NCBI GenBank assembly: GCA_028534125.1
Contig: CM052818.1
Span: forward strand, 11,100,001 to 11,164,000
Origin: Lama glama
Taxonomy: Eukaryota
Reading direction: 5' to 3'
DNA: 64,000 nucleotides
Part shown: one piece after another, positions 36,421-48,915 of the stretch
Layout: every line of letters starts with the position of its first letter
How positions within the stretch are numbered: the stretch's first letter is position 1
Program-made: the position numbers and the translations under genes
Notes under the pieces: generated by a model
Database searches by the model: none
What the model saw: the letters and a program-made list of their open reading frames with translations, nothing else
What the model was told of the DNA's origin: nothing

Positions 36421-38299
36421 AACGGCTGTACTCTGAAGTAAGCTGGGCTATCTTGCTACTTTTTGGAGGAAGAACTCTGCTACTTTAGTCTATAAACACA
36501 AGGAAGAATAACTATGTTTTATTACTAAACAGATTTTGTTTTTTCTTTCAGAAAACTCCCTATTTGTAATAAGACAACATGATTCCGGGGCACTATTTAT
36601 GTTAGAATAAGATGAAAACACCCCAAACAAGACAGCACAGGCATATACTGGGGAAGACAACAGATCAAATTGTGTTGAATCCAGTTTGTAGCCTCAGCCT
36701 GGTGCTTCACCAGATTAGCTCTGCCCCCGTCAGGCAATTATATGGGACTCATAACACATCTTCAGTTCTGTGCTCATTTTCATAATAAACCTCTGGTTTC
36801 ACTTTCTCTAGCACTGTTTTGTCTAAGATTTACCTTTTGAGAATAACAAACACTAAATAGACCAAGTATTTCTGCTGAGTTAAAGCTTAGCCACTCAGCT
36901 CACATTTTCATGGTTCTATCTCGGTGTCTATAGCTTTCCACCGAAAATCTGTATTTCTTTCCAGCAGTAGTTACAGCATCTGTCTGGCTCTAGCCTGATC
37001 CTATATTTTTTAGCAGCACGTAAGGAAGGTGGGAATAGAAGCAGTCCGTAAATTTGGCTGGAATTGTGTCTTTCAGTATGTTGCCTCTGTAGAAACAGAA
37101 AGAGTATTTTGAGCCTGCTACAAAACACGGTTCTGTTGGCTTGAAAAGAAGCCACAAAGTTGTGTTCTACTTGGAGATACATGTGATGGAGCTAATGAAA
37201 GAAATCTGAAAGTTTTGACCTTTAAAAAAAAAATTATTATCGTATTAGCATCTTTCCAAGAATGAGGTGTCTTAGGTCACACTAATCTTAGAGTTTCAAC
37301 ACCAGGGAATAGATGGAAACCCCTCTTCCCCACCAAGTCGTGCTTAAAGTTTTGATCCTTGGGAGTCAGCAGTCGTGTGTGATAAATAGCAATCAGCTGC
37401 TTCACTCTGGGCCCCGTCGCCTGCCCGTGGGCTCTAATGCCGCCCACAGAGCTGCTTTGGAGGCAAATGATGCATTTTTAAATAGCCCATTAATATTAAA
37501 AAGAGTTCAGTGAGCAGATCAAGGACAAAGCCATTCGTTCCTTCGCAGGAATTTAAGCCTCATGTAAAACGCATGTCACTTCCTTATATGTGTCAGATTG
37601 TCCTGGCCTCTTAGAACACAGATTCAGCCCACATGCGTGGAGATTCACACGTGATAACAGTGAATGGTGACAATGCCTTAAAAACACAGATGGGTGTCTG
37701 GCAGTGGGTGACCAATGTAGGAAAGAAGATCCATGGAAAGGAAATACTTCTGCTTAAATAAATATATTAGCACTTTTCGTCAGAGGCTATTTTTTCATGC
37801 TAAACAAGTCTCCTGTTGCTTGAATTTCACTACTCCTTTTCTCCTGGGAAATGGAGGGGGAAAAATGATCTGTACGTTTTTCTCCAACCTCCCTCCCATC
37901 TTCCTTTCCAATCTTCTTAGAATTCTATTCTTCCTTGACCATGGTTCAGAAACAGAAGGTAGACTCCAACTTAGATCTTGCCCTTTGATGTCTTGGGTAA
38001 AATCCCTCAGAATCTATAAAATGTTCCTAGTGCCCTTGAGTCAGGTGGCACTGACTTAGCAGAGAGAGTTGGCTTTCTGCCAGCAGGAAGTGTATCTCAC
38101 ACCCTCTGTGTTTGTTGATGGAATAAATATAAAAAAGAAAGCTGCATGTAAAAGTCTTGTACATTTGCAGAACTCTATGCAAACTAGGTACTAATTTCAT
38201 GGCTGTTACCAGATAGCCTCTCTACTGATCCGGGGAATGTGGGAAGGAAAGATAAGTAAGACAAAAGATGATCAGATAGAAAGAGAGGCTGCCACAAGT

Positions 38300-38660
38300 G
38301 AGGTTCTCCACTTGTGAACAAAGTTTGGGTGTAAGATATTTGCTAGGGATAAAAGAAGGCGAGAGAGAAAGAAGTCTAACTGGAGATCCAACAAAGCTTT
38401 AGCCCCCAAGGAAGGAGCACTGGAGAGAAACTTGCCTGTTGGTGTCTCCACTTTAGACGAAGATGGTCAGCTCTTGATGCACTCACCTCACTCAGTCACT
38501 GATGTGAGCTGCCACCAGAGGGGCAGGACATCCGAGGGGTTGGTCTTATCAGCTGAGTGGTGCTGAAGGAGCCTACAGCTGGAGGCAGTCTGCCCACTGC
38601 ACTCCCCACGGGGGTCAATAAGTCCTTCCCTGAAGGCAACTCCTCTCCGTGTCTACCACA
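38300..38660 (-). mobile_element. LTR16-like ERVL LTR
   Basis: 'acagctggaggcagtctgcc...gcactcccc...aataagtccttc...gtgtctaccaca' matches recalled antisense LTR16. Confidence 0.7.
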
Positions 38661-39569
38661 AAGAAGATATACAGATGGCAAATAAGCATATGAAAGGACG
38701 TTCCCCACAATGTGTCATCAGGGCAATGCAAATTGAAACAACAATGGGATGTCACTACTCATCTGTTGGAATAGACAAAATCTGGAACACTGACACTCCA
38801 AATGCTGGTGAGGATGTGATGCAACAGGAAGTCTCACTCATTGCTGGTGCGAATGCAAAATGTACAGCCACTTTGTAGGATTGGTGGTTTTCCACAAAAA
38901 CAAATTTTTACCACAGGATCCAGCTATTGCACTCCCTGGTATTTATCCAGAGGAACTGAAAATTTATGTCCACACAAAAACCTGCGCACAGATGCTTATA
39001 GCAGCTTTATTTATAATGACCAAAACTTGAAAGCAACCAAGGTGAATGGGTAAATAAACATGGTACCTCCAGACAACGGAATATTATTCAGTGCTAAAAA
39101 CAAATGAGCTGTCAAGCCATGAAAAGACATGGAAGAGACTTAGGTGCCTATTACTGGGTGAAAGAAGCCAATCTGAAAAGGCAACCCATAGTAAGATTCC
39201 AACTGTATGACATTCTGGAAAAGGCCAAACTATGGAGACAGTAAAAAGAGCAGTGGTTGCCAGAGTGCGGGAGGGAGGGCGGAGAGATGAACAGGTAGAG
39301 CATGCACATCTCGTTCAGTGTGCATTTGTCCAGACCCAGAGAATGGGCAACACCAAGAGTGAACCCTAAAGTAAAATATGGACTTCAGGCGATTTTGATG
39401 TGTCAATATAAGTTTATTAATGATAACAAATGTACCACTGTGATGGGATATGTTTGCAGTGGGGGAGGCTATGCATGTGTGAGAGCAGGGGGCATATGGG
39501 AAATCTCCCTTCCTCTTCATTTTGCTGTGAACCTAAAACTGCTCTAAAAAATAAAAGTCTTTTAATAAA
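38658..39569 (+). mobile_element. LINE-1 (L1MC-type) ORF2 C-terminus and 3'UTR
   Basis: ORF 38675-38878 'MANKHMK...IRAMQIETTM' is L1 ORF2-like. 3' end 'gtgaacctaaaactgctctaaaaaataaaagtc'. Confidence 0.92.
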
Positions 39570-39889
39570 CGTGAGCTTTTAGAGATGAGAGGGCTTTTTC
39601 CCCCTCATACTTCTATGTTCTTACTAGTCTCTTTGTTTAGACTAGTTACAGCATTTATGAATCTAAATATAATCTAATCTATCATTATTTTGAAATCTAA
39701 ACATAAATTTTCTTTGGAAATCTGTGATTTTCTGAAAACACAGCAAGAAATTTGTATACTTTGTGGTCTTGTTTTGCAATAATATATGATTAAATTTCCG
39801 TATTCTACTTATTGATAAATATCAAGAAACATACATAATATATATAGAGAGAAGCTCTGGATATATAGGTACATACATGCTTCACATAC

Positions 39890-39998
39890 CTATATATGCA
39901 TTTATCTCTAAATCACACAAACAAAGTTGTTCTGTGAGGTCTGCAGTAATTTTTAAGAATGTAAAGGAATCCTGAGACCAAAATTGTACTAAGCACTG
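39890..39998. mobile_element. hAT-Charlie terminal fragment
   Basis: 'taatttttaagaatgtaaaggaatcctgagaccaaaa...aagcactg'. Confidence 0.65.
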
Positions 39999-40794
39999 CT
40001 CCAGGCAATGTCTTTTTAGGACAAAAACACCATGTTTATTTCCAACTTTATATTTTCTTCCCTTTCCCTCCGCCAAAATCACAAAGCTACCTTTGACTTA
40101 GAATTAAATTGTTCCAGAATGAATAGTATTCTGGGGAAAAAAATCGAGGGGAAAGAAGAACAATTGTCTCTAGGGATAACAGCAACAAGATAAAGGGGAA
40201 GACTAGTTAAACTAATAACCAGCCCACTAGTGATAAACTGGGTAACCAAGTGATAGACTTCCTCTTCGAGCTGCTGGTTCTCACTTCCTTACGTCCAGGG
40301 CAGGAAGCACCCTCACCCGCAGGACCGGCCGCCATGCTAAAGGGAGGGGTAATCCAGTGCTCAGTATGTCCTCACCTGTTTTGCCAAGAGGCAAATGAGC
40401 CTTCCTTACTCCTGTCGTGTGATCAAGCGGTGTTCATAAGCCAAGGAACTCTGCAGGTGTTTCAGCAAAGCAGCAGCATTTATAAGATGGCAACACAAGG
40501 TGTTAGGAGGCAGCTAAATGGCCAAGTTCATGCAGTGTAACTGTTTGATAATGAGCAGAAGAGAATAGGTTTTTGCCTTCAGCCAAACTTTGTGAATCTT
40601 AGCTTTGGGACCAATATCCAGAAACATCATCCTGTTGCAGCTGGCCTGTTCTCTGGGAAAAGGAATGTCCGTGGACACTCACTGTGTTTTAGACAGTAAA
40701 GGGCCCAACACCAGCCCACTATGATGAGTTAAGTATACACGAAAACAGACAGATCAAGTTCAGTTCCCTTTTACCTTCCTCTGAATAAGCACCT

Positions 40795-40847
40795 TTCTTT
40801 CTTTTTCCTTCCTTCCTCCTCTCTCTCTCTCAATCTCTCTCTCTCTC
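40795..40847. repeat. CT-rich low-complexity tract
   Basis: Seen directly. Confidence 0.85.
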
Positions 40848-41923
40848 ATTTTATGTAAAGAGAAAATCTACTTGGCCAAAAGTCATTTTCTCAAGTGCCA
40901 AACATTTGCAGATACTTTCAGATGTAAACAAAAGACAACACCCAGCGGGTCTAACTCAGCGGGGTCTGCTTGCACCGGAGCTGTGACCGAGCACAGCACC
41001 AGTGGCCATCCAGCTTCCCAAGTCATAGGGTGCTTTGTGTGTTGTCTTCCTTTCTGCCCATTCCCAAGCATTCAGTAAATAAAGAAATTCCCTTTACTTT
41101 CCCATTCCCAATACCCAGCCTTGGCTTCCAAAACTACTGTTGGGTTGGGGCACAAAGAGTTAGAGTGGCTGCAGAATTCCCAGGGGCATTGGGTTCAAAC
41201 TGATCTGAGCTACCAGCTCATGCAGCTTGGGCAGGAAGCCAGAGTCGATTCAGTTCCATCTCCTCCTCGTCCCTCCCCTTCGACCTCCAGACTTCTCCTG
41301 TGTCCTGGCACCTTTACTTCCCCAAACAGACCACATCCATGTAATCATCTTTCTGGAAATGTGCGGATGGGCAAGATTGTGAGGGGAAATGGCTGATGGA
41401 TGAGACAAACGTGATCTCAAGTCCATCCTTTGAATAAATGCGAATGCAGTTTTACCCGGTTCATCCATGTAAGTTTATTGTGTTTATGAAACACAAAGAT
41501 TTTAATTCGTTCCCGTCTTCTGTACTTACAGGGCCCTTCCTCCAGGGCTGAAGTTGGAAAGCTGTTTCCATTTGGTGAGAATGGCCCCAGAGGCTCTGCT
41601 GAGTTCCCCAGCAGCCACTTCAGGGTGAAAGATCTGTGACAGCTAACACCTCCATCCGGTTCACATTTATTCCATCTTCCCCCCTTCAGCGCTGTGCAAG
41701 GCCCACCCAAGTCAAACCACATCTTTTAGAAATCCCCACAAACTTCATCTGAGCTCGGTATTTCAAACTGGGGGTAATTCCAATTATATGTAGGCTTATG
41801 AGCTACTGGTTAATATACTATATAATATATTTGCTTTATATGATATATTATAACCAGTAGCTCCTAAATATTCAAGCCATGACTCACTCAGCTCCTGACT
41901 GAATACAAACTTAGGAGTAAAGT

Positions 41924-42637
41924 TTTTTTCTTTTTAATTGAAATTTAGTTGACTTACAATGCTGTCTTAGTTTCTGGTGTATAACATAGTGATTCAGTTA
42001 TACATATATTTGTATGTATTATATATATTCTTTTTCATTATAGATTATTACAGGATATTGAATATAGTTCCCTGTGCTATACAGTGGGTCCTTGTTGTAT
42101 ATCTATTTTATATATAGTACTTTGTATCTGCTAATCCCAAACTTCTAATTCATCTCCCTGCCTCCACTTTAACTTTTGGTAACCATAAGTTTGTTTTCTG
42201 TGTCTGTGAGTCTCTTTCTGTTTTGTAAATAGGTTCATTTGTATCATTTTTTTGGATTCATATATAAGTGATATTATATGATTTTTGTCTTTTTCTTTCT
42301 GACTTACTTCACTTAGTATGATAATGTCTCTAGGTCCATCCGTGTTGCTGCAAATGGCAATATTTCATCCTTTTTAATGGCTGAACAGTATTCCATTGTG
42401 TGTATGTACTACATCTTCTTTACCCAGTCATCTGTTAATGGGCATTTAGGTTGCTTCCTTGTCTTGGCTGTTGTAAATAGTGCTGCCGTGAACGTCGGGG
42501 TGCGTGTATCTTTTTGAGTTAGAGTTTTCTCTGGATATATGCCCAGGGGTGGGATTTCTGGATCATATGGTAACTCTAGTTTTCGTTTTTTAAGGAATTG
42601 CCACACTGTTTTCCACAGTGGCTGCGCCAAATTACAT
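41924..42637 (-). mobile_element. Younger LINE-1 (artiodactyl/camelid-type), 5'-truncated: ORF2 C-terminus, 3'UTR and poly(A)
   Basis: ORF 42409-42630 'QPLWKTVWQFLKK...LPYDPEIPPLGIYP...KQPKCPLTDDWVKKM' is the classic L1 ORF2 tail. 3'UTR 'ttgaatatagttccctgtgctatacagt' is typical of laurasiatherian L1. Confidence 0.95.
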
Positions 42638-42899
42638 GGAAGAGAAGTATTTGTAAAGGCCCCAGGTATTAGTTATCAGTGTCTTCTGTCAAAGGGCAGC
42701 AGTGGGGTTGAGGGTGCTTACTTTCACCTTCAAATACCAGCTTATCTTCATCAGTGCTGCGAAGTATCTTGTTTCTCATTTTGTGATGAATTAAAGGGAC
42801 AGCAGATGAGTATACCACGTTTGTTAGGGCAAAATTTTTAGTAGTAGCGGCAGAAGTAGGAACAATAGGAGTAGCAGTAATAATATGAAAAATGATTAT

Positions 42900-43345
42900 T
42901 GGCAGAAACTACCAAAAGCCATTACCAGCCCCACTCCTTTTTTACTGCTCATTCTAAAGGTGAGAAACCCGAGGATTTCCCTTTCCCAGGCTTCCCTGCA
43001 ATGAGGGGCTGCCCATGACAAGTGAAGGGAATTTGAGGGGGAGTCAGGAAGCCCCTAGAGGAACCCTTCTTCCTTCATAGAAAAGGACAATGAACCATGA
43101 GGCTTCTGTGAGACTTTCCCCTTCTTCTGCCTTAAATGCTAAGATCCTGGCTGGAAGTAGAGCTGCTCCAACGTGACCATGAAGGAAAAGTCAAGAAAAT
43201 GACAGCTGAGACGAGTGTAACCCCGTCAAGCCACAAGGACAATTCCAGTTACCCCTGCCTTCCTCATGACGTGAGAAAAGCAAATCTCGATGTGTCTAAT
43301 CTGGTGCATCCAGAGGTTTGGCTTTCTTACCTGTGATGTGGGGGA
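42900..43345 (+). mobile_element. MLT1-family MaLR LTR (MLT1J-like)
   Basis: 'ttcccaggcttccctgcaatgagggg...gtgaccatgaaggaaaagtcaagaaaat...gtgagaaaagcaaatctc'. Confidence 0.75.
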
Positions 43346-43724
43346 CACAGGTACATACTTTGCAGAGATTGCTGTGGAAATTCTTTTTAAAACTGAGAAT
43401 CACACTGTAAAGTATAAAATTCTACATGAATTTAAGAAAGGCATTGTTTGGGGAGGGTGGTAGATTGGATCATTCATATTTTTAAATCCCTATTCATAAG
43501 TGTTAATTGTGTGTCTAATAGTCACTGAGTAATCCTCTAGTTTTTGAAAGTGCACAAAGGACTCAGTCCTTAAGGAGTTTACAGTTTATTAAGTGACTTC
43601 CTCATGAAGGCATCTAATTCCTGATATAACACCACAGAGAATAAAACAAAGAATTATTAAACTATTAATTGCTAAATTACAAGATACTGAGTGCTAGTTC
43701 TACATAAATTTGAATAATAATCTT

Positions 43725-43950
43725 CAAGATATATTAAGTGCTTACTATGTTCCAAGCATTATTCTAAATATTTTACATGAACTAAGTAATTGAATCCTAG
43801 GATAACCCTATGAATAAATACATTACCTTCCACATCTTTCTCGTGGTGAAATTGAAGTCCAGTGGGGTTATATGCATTGACTGAATTCACAGATGGCAAG
43901 TGGCAGAGCCAGGACTGAGTCCAGGCACCTTGGCTCACAGCCAGTGCTCT
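43725..43950 (-). mobile_element. MIR SINE
   Basis: 'ttaagtgcttactatgttccaagcattattctaa...aagtggcagagccaggactgagtccagg'. Confidence 0.85.
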
Positions 43951-43964
43951 CCTGGAAAGATCAA

Positions 43965-44165
43965 AATGTCAGACCACTTGTTTGTAGCCCCTGCTCTGCT
44001 GCTTACCTAGTTTCGTGACCTAGGGCGCAGTATTTCTAAACCTGTTTTCTCATCTTCAGGATGAAAATAATAGCTACCTAATAGGGCTATTTTAGAGATT
44101 AAATCAATAGTGTTTGTAAAGCACCTCGTGAAGTAACTGGCACGTAATAGAGCATTGTAAATGGT
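43965..44165 (+). mobile_element. MIR SINE
   Basis: 'ctgttttctcatcttcaggatgaaaataatagctacctaatagggctattttagagattaaat'. Confidence 0.85.
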
Positions 44166-46559
44166 TTCTGCTGCTGGACTGGGCGGGTGGCCTGGAAGCC
44201 TCAACACCCTTTCCGTCAGGGGCACAGAGCGGAGGGCATCCCTCCAGAATGTGTTGTAAATCCTGAAATTCAAGTTCTGCTGAGAAAAATAGTCCAATAT
44301 TTTTAGAAAAATTATTTCTAGGTCATTATTTCAAAATTGGCAAGATAAAAGTCCTGCTGACTCTCTTATGAGACTTTTTTTTTTGAGATGAACAACAATA
44401 CTTATCTTGGTGTGAGTGATTGTTAGGAAAACTAGTGAGGAAATTAGTCACAGCTCATACAGGTAGAGAAATAAAATAGGGTGGGAGTCATAGTTCATTT
44501 ATCTCCTACATATTTATTGAGCACTCACCATTGGCCGTACGTGTTCTAGACACTGCGGCCCCCACCCTCCACCCTACCCCATTAAGTTCATTAAGGTGCT
44601 AGTTTATCAAGAGGCTCCCTGTAAGGCTGTGTAAAGAAGGGTCCTGCCACAGGAAGGAGTATCATTTTTCTCCTAAAGCTGAGAAGGCCGGAGTAGGTGT
44701 GTGTGGGGAGGGGGAGTAGTGAATTTCAATACTTTACTTCTTTAAATTAGGCAAGTATCTCATAAAACCCTGAGAGAGAGAAAGAGACAAGATGGATAGA
44801 CTTGGTATAAATGAGTGAGTTTTGAGCAGAGACCTGAGATGTTTCTCAAGGACCGGTGTAGCTAGATATGAGCCAGAACATTGAAAGGGAATCAGAAGGA
44901 GAGTTTGTTTGGGAGAAAGATCCCAAGAATGACAAAGGGCACTACTACGGGGGAACTGAGAGTACTTAAATAAACTACCTGCCTCCTAATGTAAGTAGGG
45001 GCTATCAATCAGGAGCCTGAGGTCAGAGGATGACTCAGGAAAAGACAGGTTTCCTTGGACCACCATGACAAGACATTCCTATCGAAGGATGGCCTGGAAC
45101 CTACTCTTGTCCATCGAGGAATAGAAAAAGAGTAGCTGAAACCAATGCAGTTTGTTCTCATTTGTATTCAATCAATGCATGTCTTCTGCCTTCTTCTGGC
45201 TAATGGGAAGTGGCCCTATTAGAGCTGCCTTCTCTTACTCATCACATTGGGGGAGCTTCAATTATTTATATAGTAATCAACTCTGAATGAAGAGCAACTC
45301 CACTTAATAGATGAACAGAGACTAAAATGGACCTTATAGCAACAAGTCATAGTGTCAGTTTAATAGAGGCCAACTGTGGGTTCTCTACTTCCACCTCCAA
45401 AAAGAGAGAAGTTGTGACATAATTAATCGGGGCCTCTTTTCCCCTGAGGACTTCCTCGTTCTTGTATGAGCCCAGGCATGTCTCTTGGTCCAGTTCCTGA
45501 CTTGAGGGACAAATTCCTGGGCTGCTTCCTTTGTCTACATAAAAGTTCTCTCTGCTTTCTTTGCTCCTGCAGCCAAATCACACTCTTTGATTCAGGTTAC
45601 ATATTTAACTCTTTGGGGAGCTATTGTTCTAGCCTGTTTAAATTGTTTTTTATCCTGAACCTGTCAATGAATATATAGCAAAACTTTGCAAATCCATGTC
45701 ACCCATACAAATGTAATATGCATTCCATGTTTTGCAACATAGAAACCCTTAATAGAAACATTGCAGAGACAGGACCAAGAATACAGCCTGTTTCTCAGCA
45801 CTGAATATGACATTTTCAATCAGAATTTATGTATTAACCAAAACACCTTGGCTACTCAACAAGGAATGAGCAAACCCGATGATAAAAATCGTTCTACATA
45901 ATTCTTTGTCTTTTCCCCATGGAATATCACCAAATGACAAATCTAGATTTAGAGAAATCTGTTCCTCTAACTTACATATTTAAACAGCAGTGCAACATTC
46001 ACTTATTAAGCTCCTACCATGTATCAGACCCTTTCTTGCAACACAAGATTAACATCTAGTGGCATAGAAATGCTATCAAAAATTAAAATATTTCTCATCT
46101 GTCATCACTTGTTTTTAGTGAACCTATAAAAGCTTCGATGCGAAATGCTTTTTTTTTGCTATTGTTGTTCACAAGATAGAACCTTAAAAATTAATTCTGA
46201 AACTCCTAAGAAATGGATATGAAACTTAACTAACATGTTTCCAGAATGCACATTTCCTATTCTTTTTGTTCTTGGAGCATTCTCCTAGTTCCTATTTTCT
46301 TGTACCATTCCCATTACCATTTTTCACAAAATTCTCCAAAGAATAATGAGAGTTTTCCAATCATTTTGTGTATGTTTCCTCTATGTTGCCATAGAGTTGA
46401 CTCCAAACCAGACACCCGAGAACCTCAGTGTGTTGGCCTATCCTAGCATGGTAGCACTACAGGAATACCATTTTCATATATGCTACATCACTCCTAACAA
46501 TGTTTTGGACAGGTTTTCTGTTACCCATTGTGTCAGTCTCAGACTTCACTGGCTGATTT

Positions 46560-46985
46560 ATAAGAGCTTCCAGAAACTGGTTTCTTCTTATTCGTTCAAA
46601 TGACTGCTTCTAGTTCTCCATTCTCTCTCCCCTCTTAGTTAAGCTGGCTCATACTGTCCATTTTTATTCCTAGGTTTCTGCTTATGCTATTTTCCCACAT
46701 GGAAATGTTCCCAAGCCCCTTTTTATCTCTATTTAAATACCAACCCTTACTTTAATTTTTTTCTCCTTCAGGAAGTCATCATCTGCTGTTAACATCCCAC
46801 ACTGATCTCTCTCTTCCAATACTGATTAGTCACTCACTGTGTGGTTCAACAATTTTCTAATTGTTTCATCTATGTAAGGCTTATTTTATCAGTTACATGC
46901 TAAATGCCTCAAAATGTCTATGTTTTGCTCCCTGTGCCTGGGAGGGGTTGAGTACATGTTCTACTTGGTACAATAGCTTAATTGA
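46560..46985 (+). mobile_element. L2 (old subfamily) 3' region
   Basis: 'gcttatgctattttcccacatggaaatgttcc', 'ctccttcaggaagtcatc'. Confidence 0.6.
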
Positions 46986-48466
46986 TGTACAATCAAGTAC
47001 TAAGTATAAGCCATGAATTGGAAAGAAAACTTGAAAAATACAGCTTATTAGAATTCCTGAATGTTTTATAGATAATCTCACACAGGTCGCACCTTCAGAT
47101 GTTCAACTGCAGTTGTCAATTTCTGCCAGTATTTTACGTCACATTTGACAGAGCCATTTCCATAACCCATGGTATCTCTTTTCTGTCCTGGAATATGAAA
47201 AATCCCCTTGGGACTTCTAATGAACCCTTTAATTCTAAAAGACATATCCAAGTAGAAGGATAAGTTCTGTAAGCCTCAATAATTGTCTCAAAAATCAATG
47301 CATTCTTACAGTTTTTGAAGTGCAAACAGGCAATGATAATAGAAACATTTTTCATTGGGTATTCAAGACAACCAAGTTCATTGAAAAAAAGAAAAAACTC
47401 ATGGGTATGTAATCTGGCATAGTATGTTTGCTCAATAAGCTCTTAATGTAGAGAAGAAATTGAGCCTCTATGAACCATGTAGATTGGAGTCTGACAGCTA
47501 CAAACATATCAAGTTAAAATAATTCTAAGTCATTCGAAATGTCTCACTTGGAGGGCTTGAGGTGACCTCAGAGGAGAGCTCCAGGCTTGGGCTCCCTGCA
47601 CAGTGCTGTGTCATAGGGGATGATTTGAGATGACTGGAAAAAGAAAAGTGCATTGTGCTGGTGGATGAAAAAAAATCACTGAGTAGCCTTAGAGATAGAA
47701 TCATTTGAATTTAGGTATTACAAACCCTTAAAGGCAGAAAAGTTCAGTCATAGCAGTGACTGAAGCAGAAATTCCTAGAGAGCATCTTAACCTTCAAATG
47801 CTTTTCCAGTCTAGTCCACTTCTTTGCTGAACTTCTCTTACAGCCTTGGGTGAGATCCCTAAGAACTTACATGTCACATCCTCAGATACAGAGGATGCAG
47901 AGACATTTGTTTTTCCTAGTCGACTGATGAACAATGGATTGATGTTCAAATATTAGACCTAATCTCTTGATCTGCCTTACAGATCATTCTGGGTCTTGTT
48001 TGTTTGTTTGGTTAGTACATTATTTAAGGCCAAGATTGGGTTGATCTTCGATGATGAACTTGACCTTACTTCAAATCTTATTTGAGACTCTTGTATCATT
48101 TTAACACTGTCGATCCTTTCTTCCTCTCTTTCCAGTGTGTTTTGCAACATTCTTTCTAAAAATATGCTTGATCTTCCACCAATGGAAGTTTAGAGTTAAT
48201 TTTTTCCATTATAGACTCAAAATTAGATGAGAGCTCCAAGTAACAAAACCCAGGGGACAGGCCTAGGATTCATTCTCATGGCAGGTGAGATTACCTAATG
48301 CATTAACATCAAAAAGAAAACAAAGAAATGGGGCCAACTGATATAATATGGAAATTTACAGTCTTATGTGGAAACTAGAGGTAGATAAGGGTAGGCTAGC
48401 GGTCACTAAAGCCACCCGTACCCAAAGGCACAGGTCAGACTTAAGGCAGGGACATGTGGGTATGTT

Positions 48467-48491
48467 TGTGTGTGTGTGTGTGTGTGTGTGT
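48467..48491. repeat. (TG)n microsatellite
   Basis: Seen directly. Confidence 0.95.
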
Positions 48492-48764
48492 TGCATGTGT
48501 ATGGTCTGAGATGAGGATCAGGCCAGGAAAATGGGAAGGGAACTTACACATATTAAGTATGTACAAAGTGCCTGTTGTCACAGTCAAATCATCTCAGTGC
48601 TCATAGCTACTAAGTTTGTTGCCTCTCAAATGATTGCCTTAATTAATCCAGTCTAATACTAGCACTGGTACAAAAGATTTTGTCCATATGCCAGCTAACC
48701 AGTTCCAAGTTTTTTTCCTCTCTTTAGTCCAAGAACAAGTATTTTTGCATGATAGCTAACTTGA

Positions 48765-48915
48765 AACCACTCTGTGAGGTATAAATATTATGTATCCCCC
48801 ACATTACAGATGAGGAAACAGAAGCTCAGAGAGGTTGATCAATTTTCTCAAGGTAAAAGTAAATCATGGGTTTGACCTAGTTTTTATCAGTCTAGAAACC
48901 ACTCTTTCCGGTACA
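48765..48915 (-). mobile_element. MIR SINE
   Basis: 'ttacagatgaggaaacagaagctcagagaggtt'. Confidence 0.85.

Noticed and set aside
37011..37023. tagcagcacgtaa, the first 13 nt of miR-16
   Set aside because: The match stops at 13 nt, with no hairpin or neighbouring miR-15
38510..38530. CTCF-like ccaccagaggggcag in the LTR16-like element
   Set aside because: An extra G shifts the conserved GGC register
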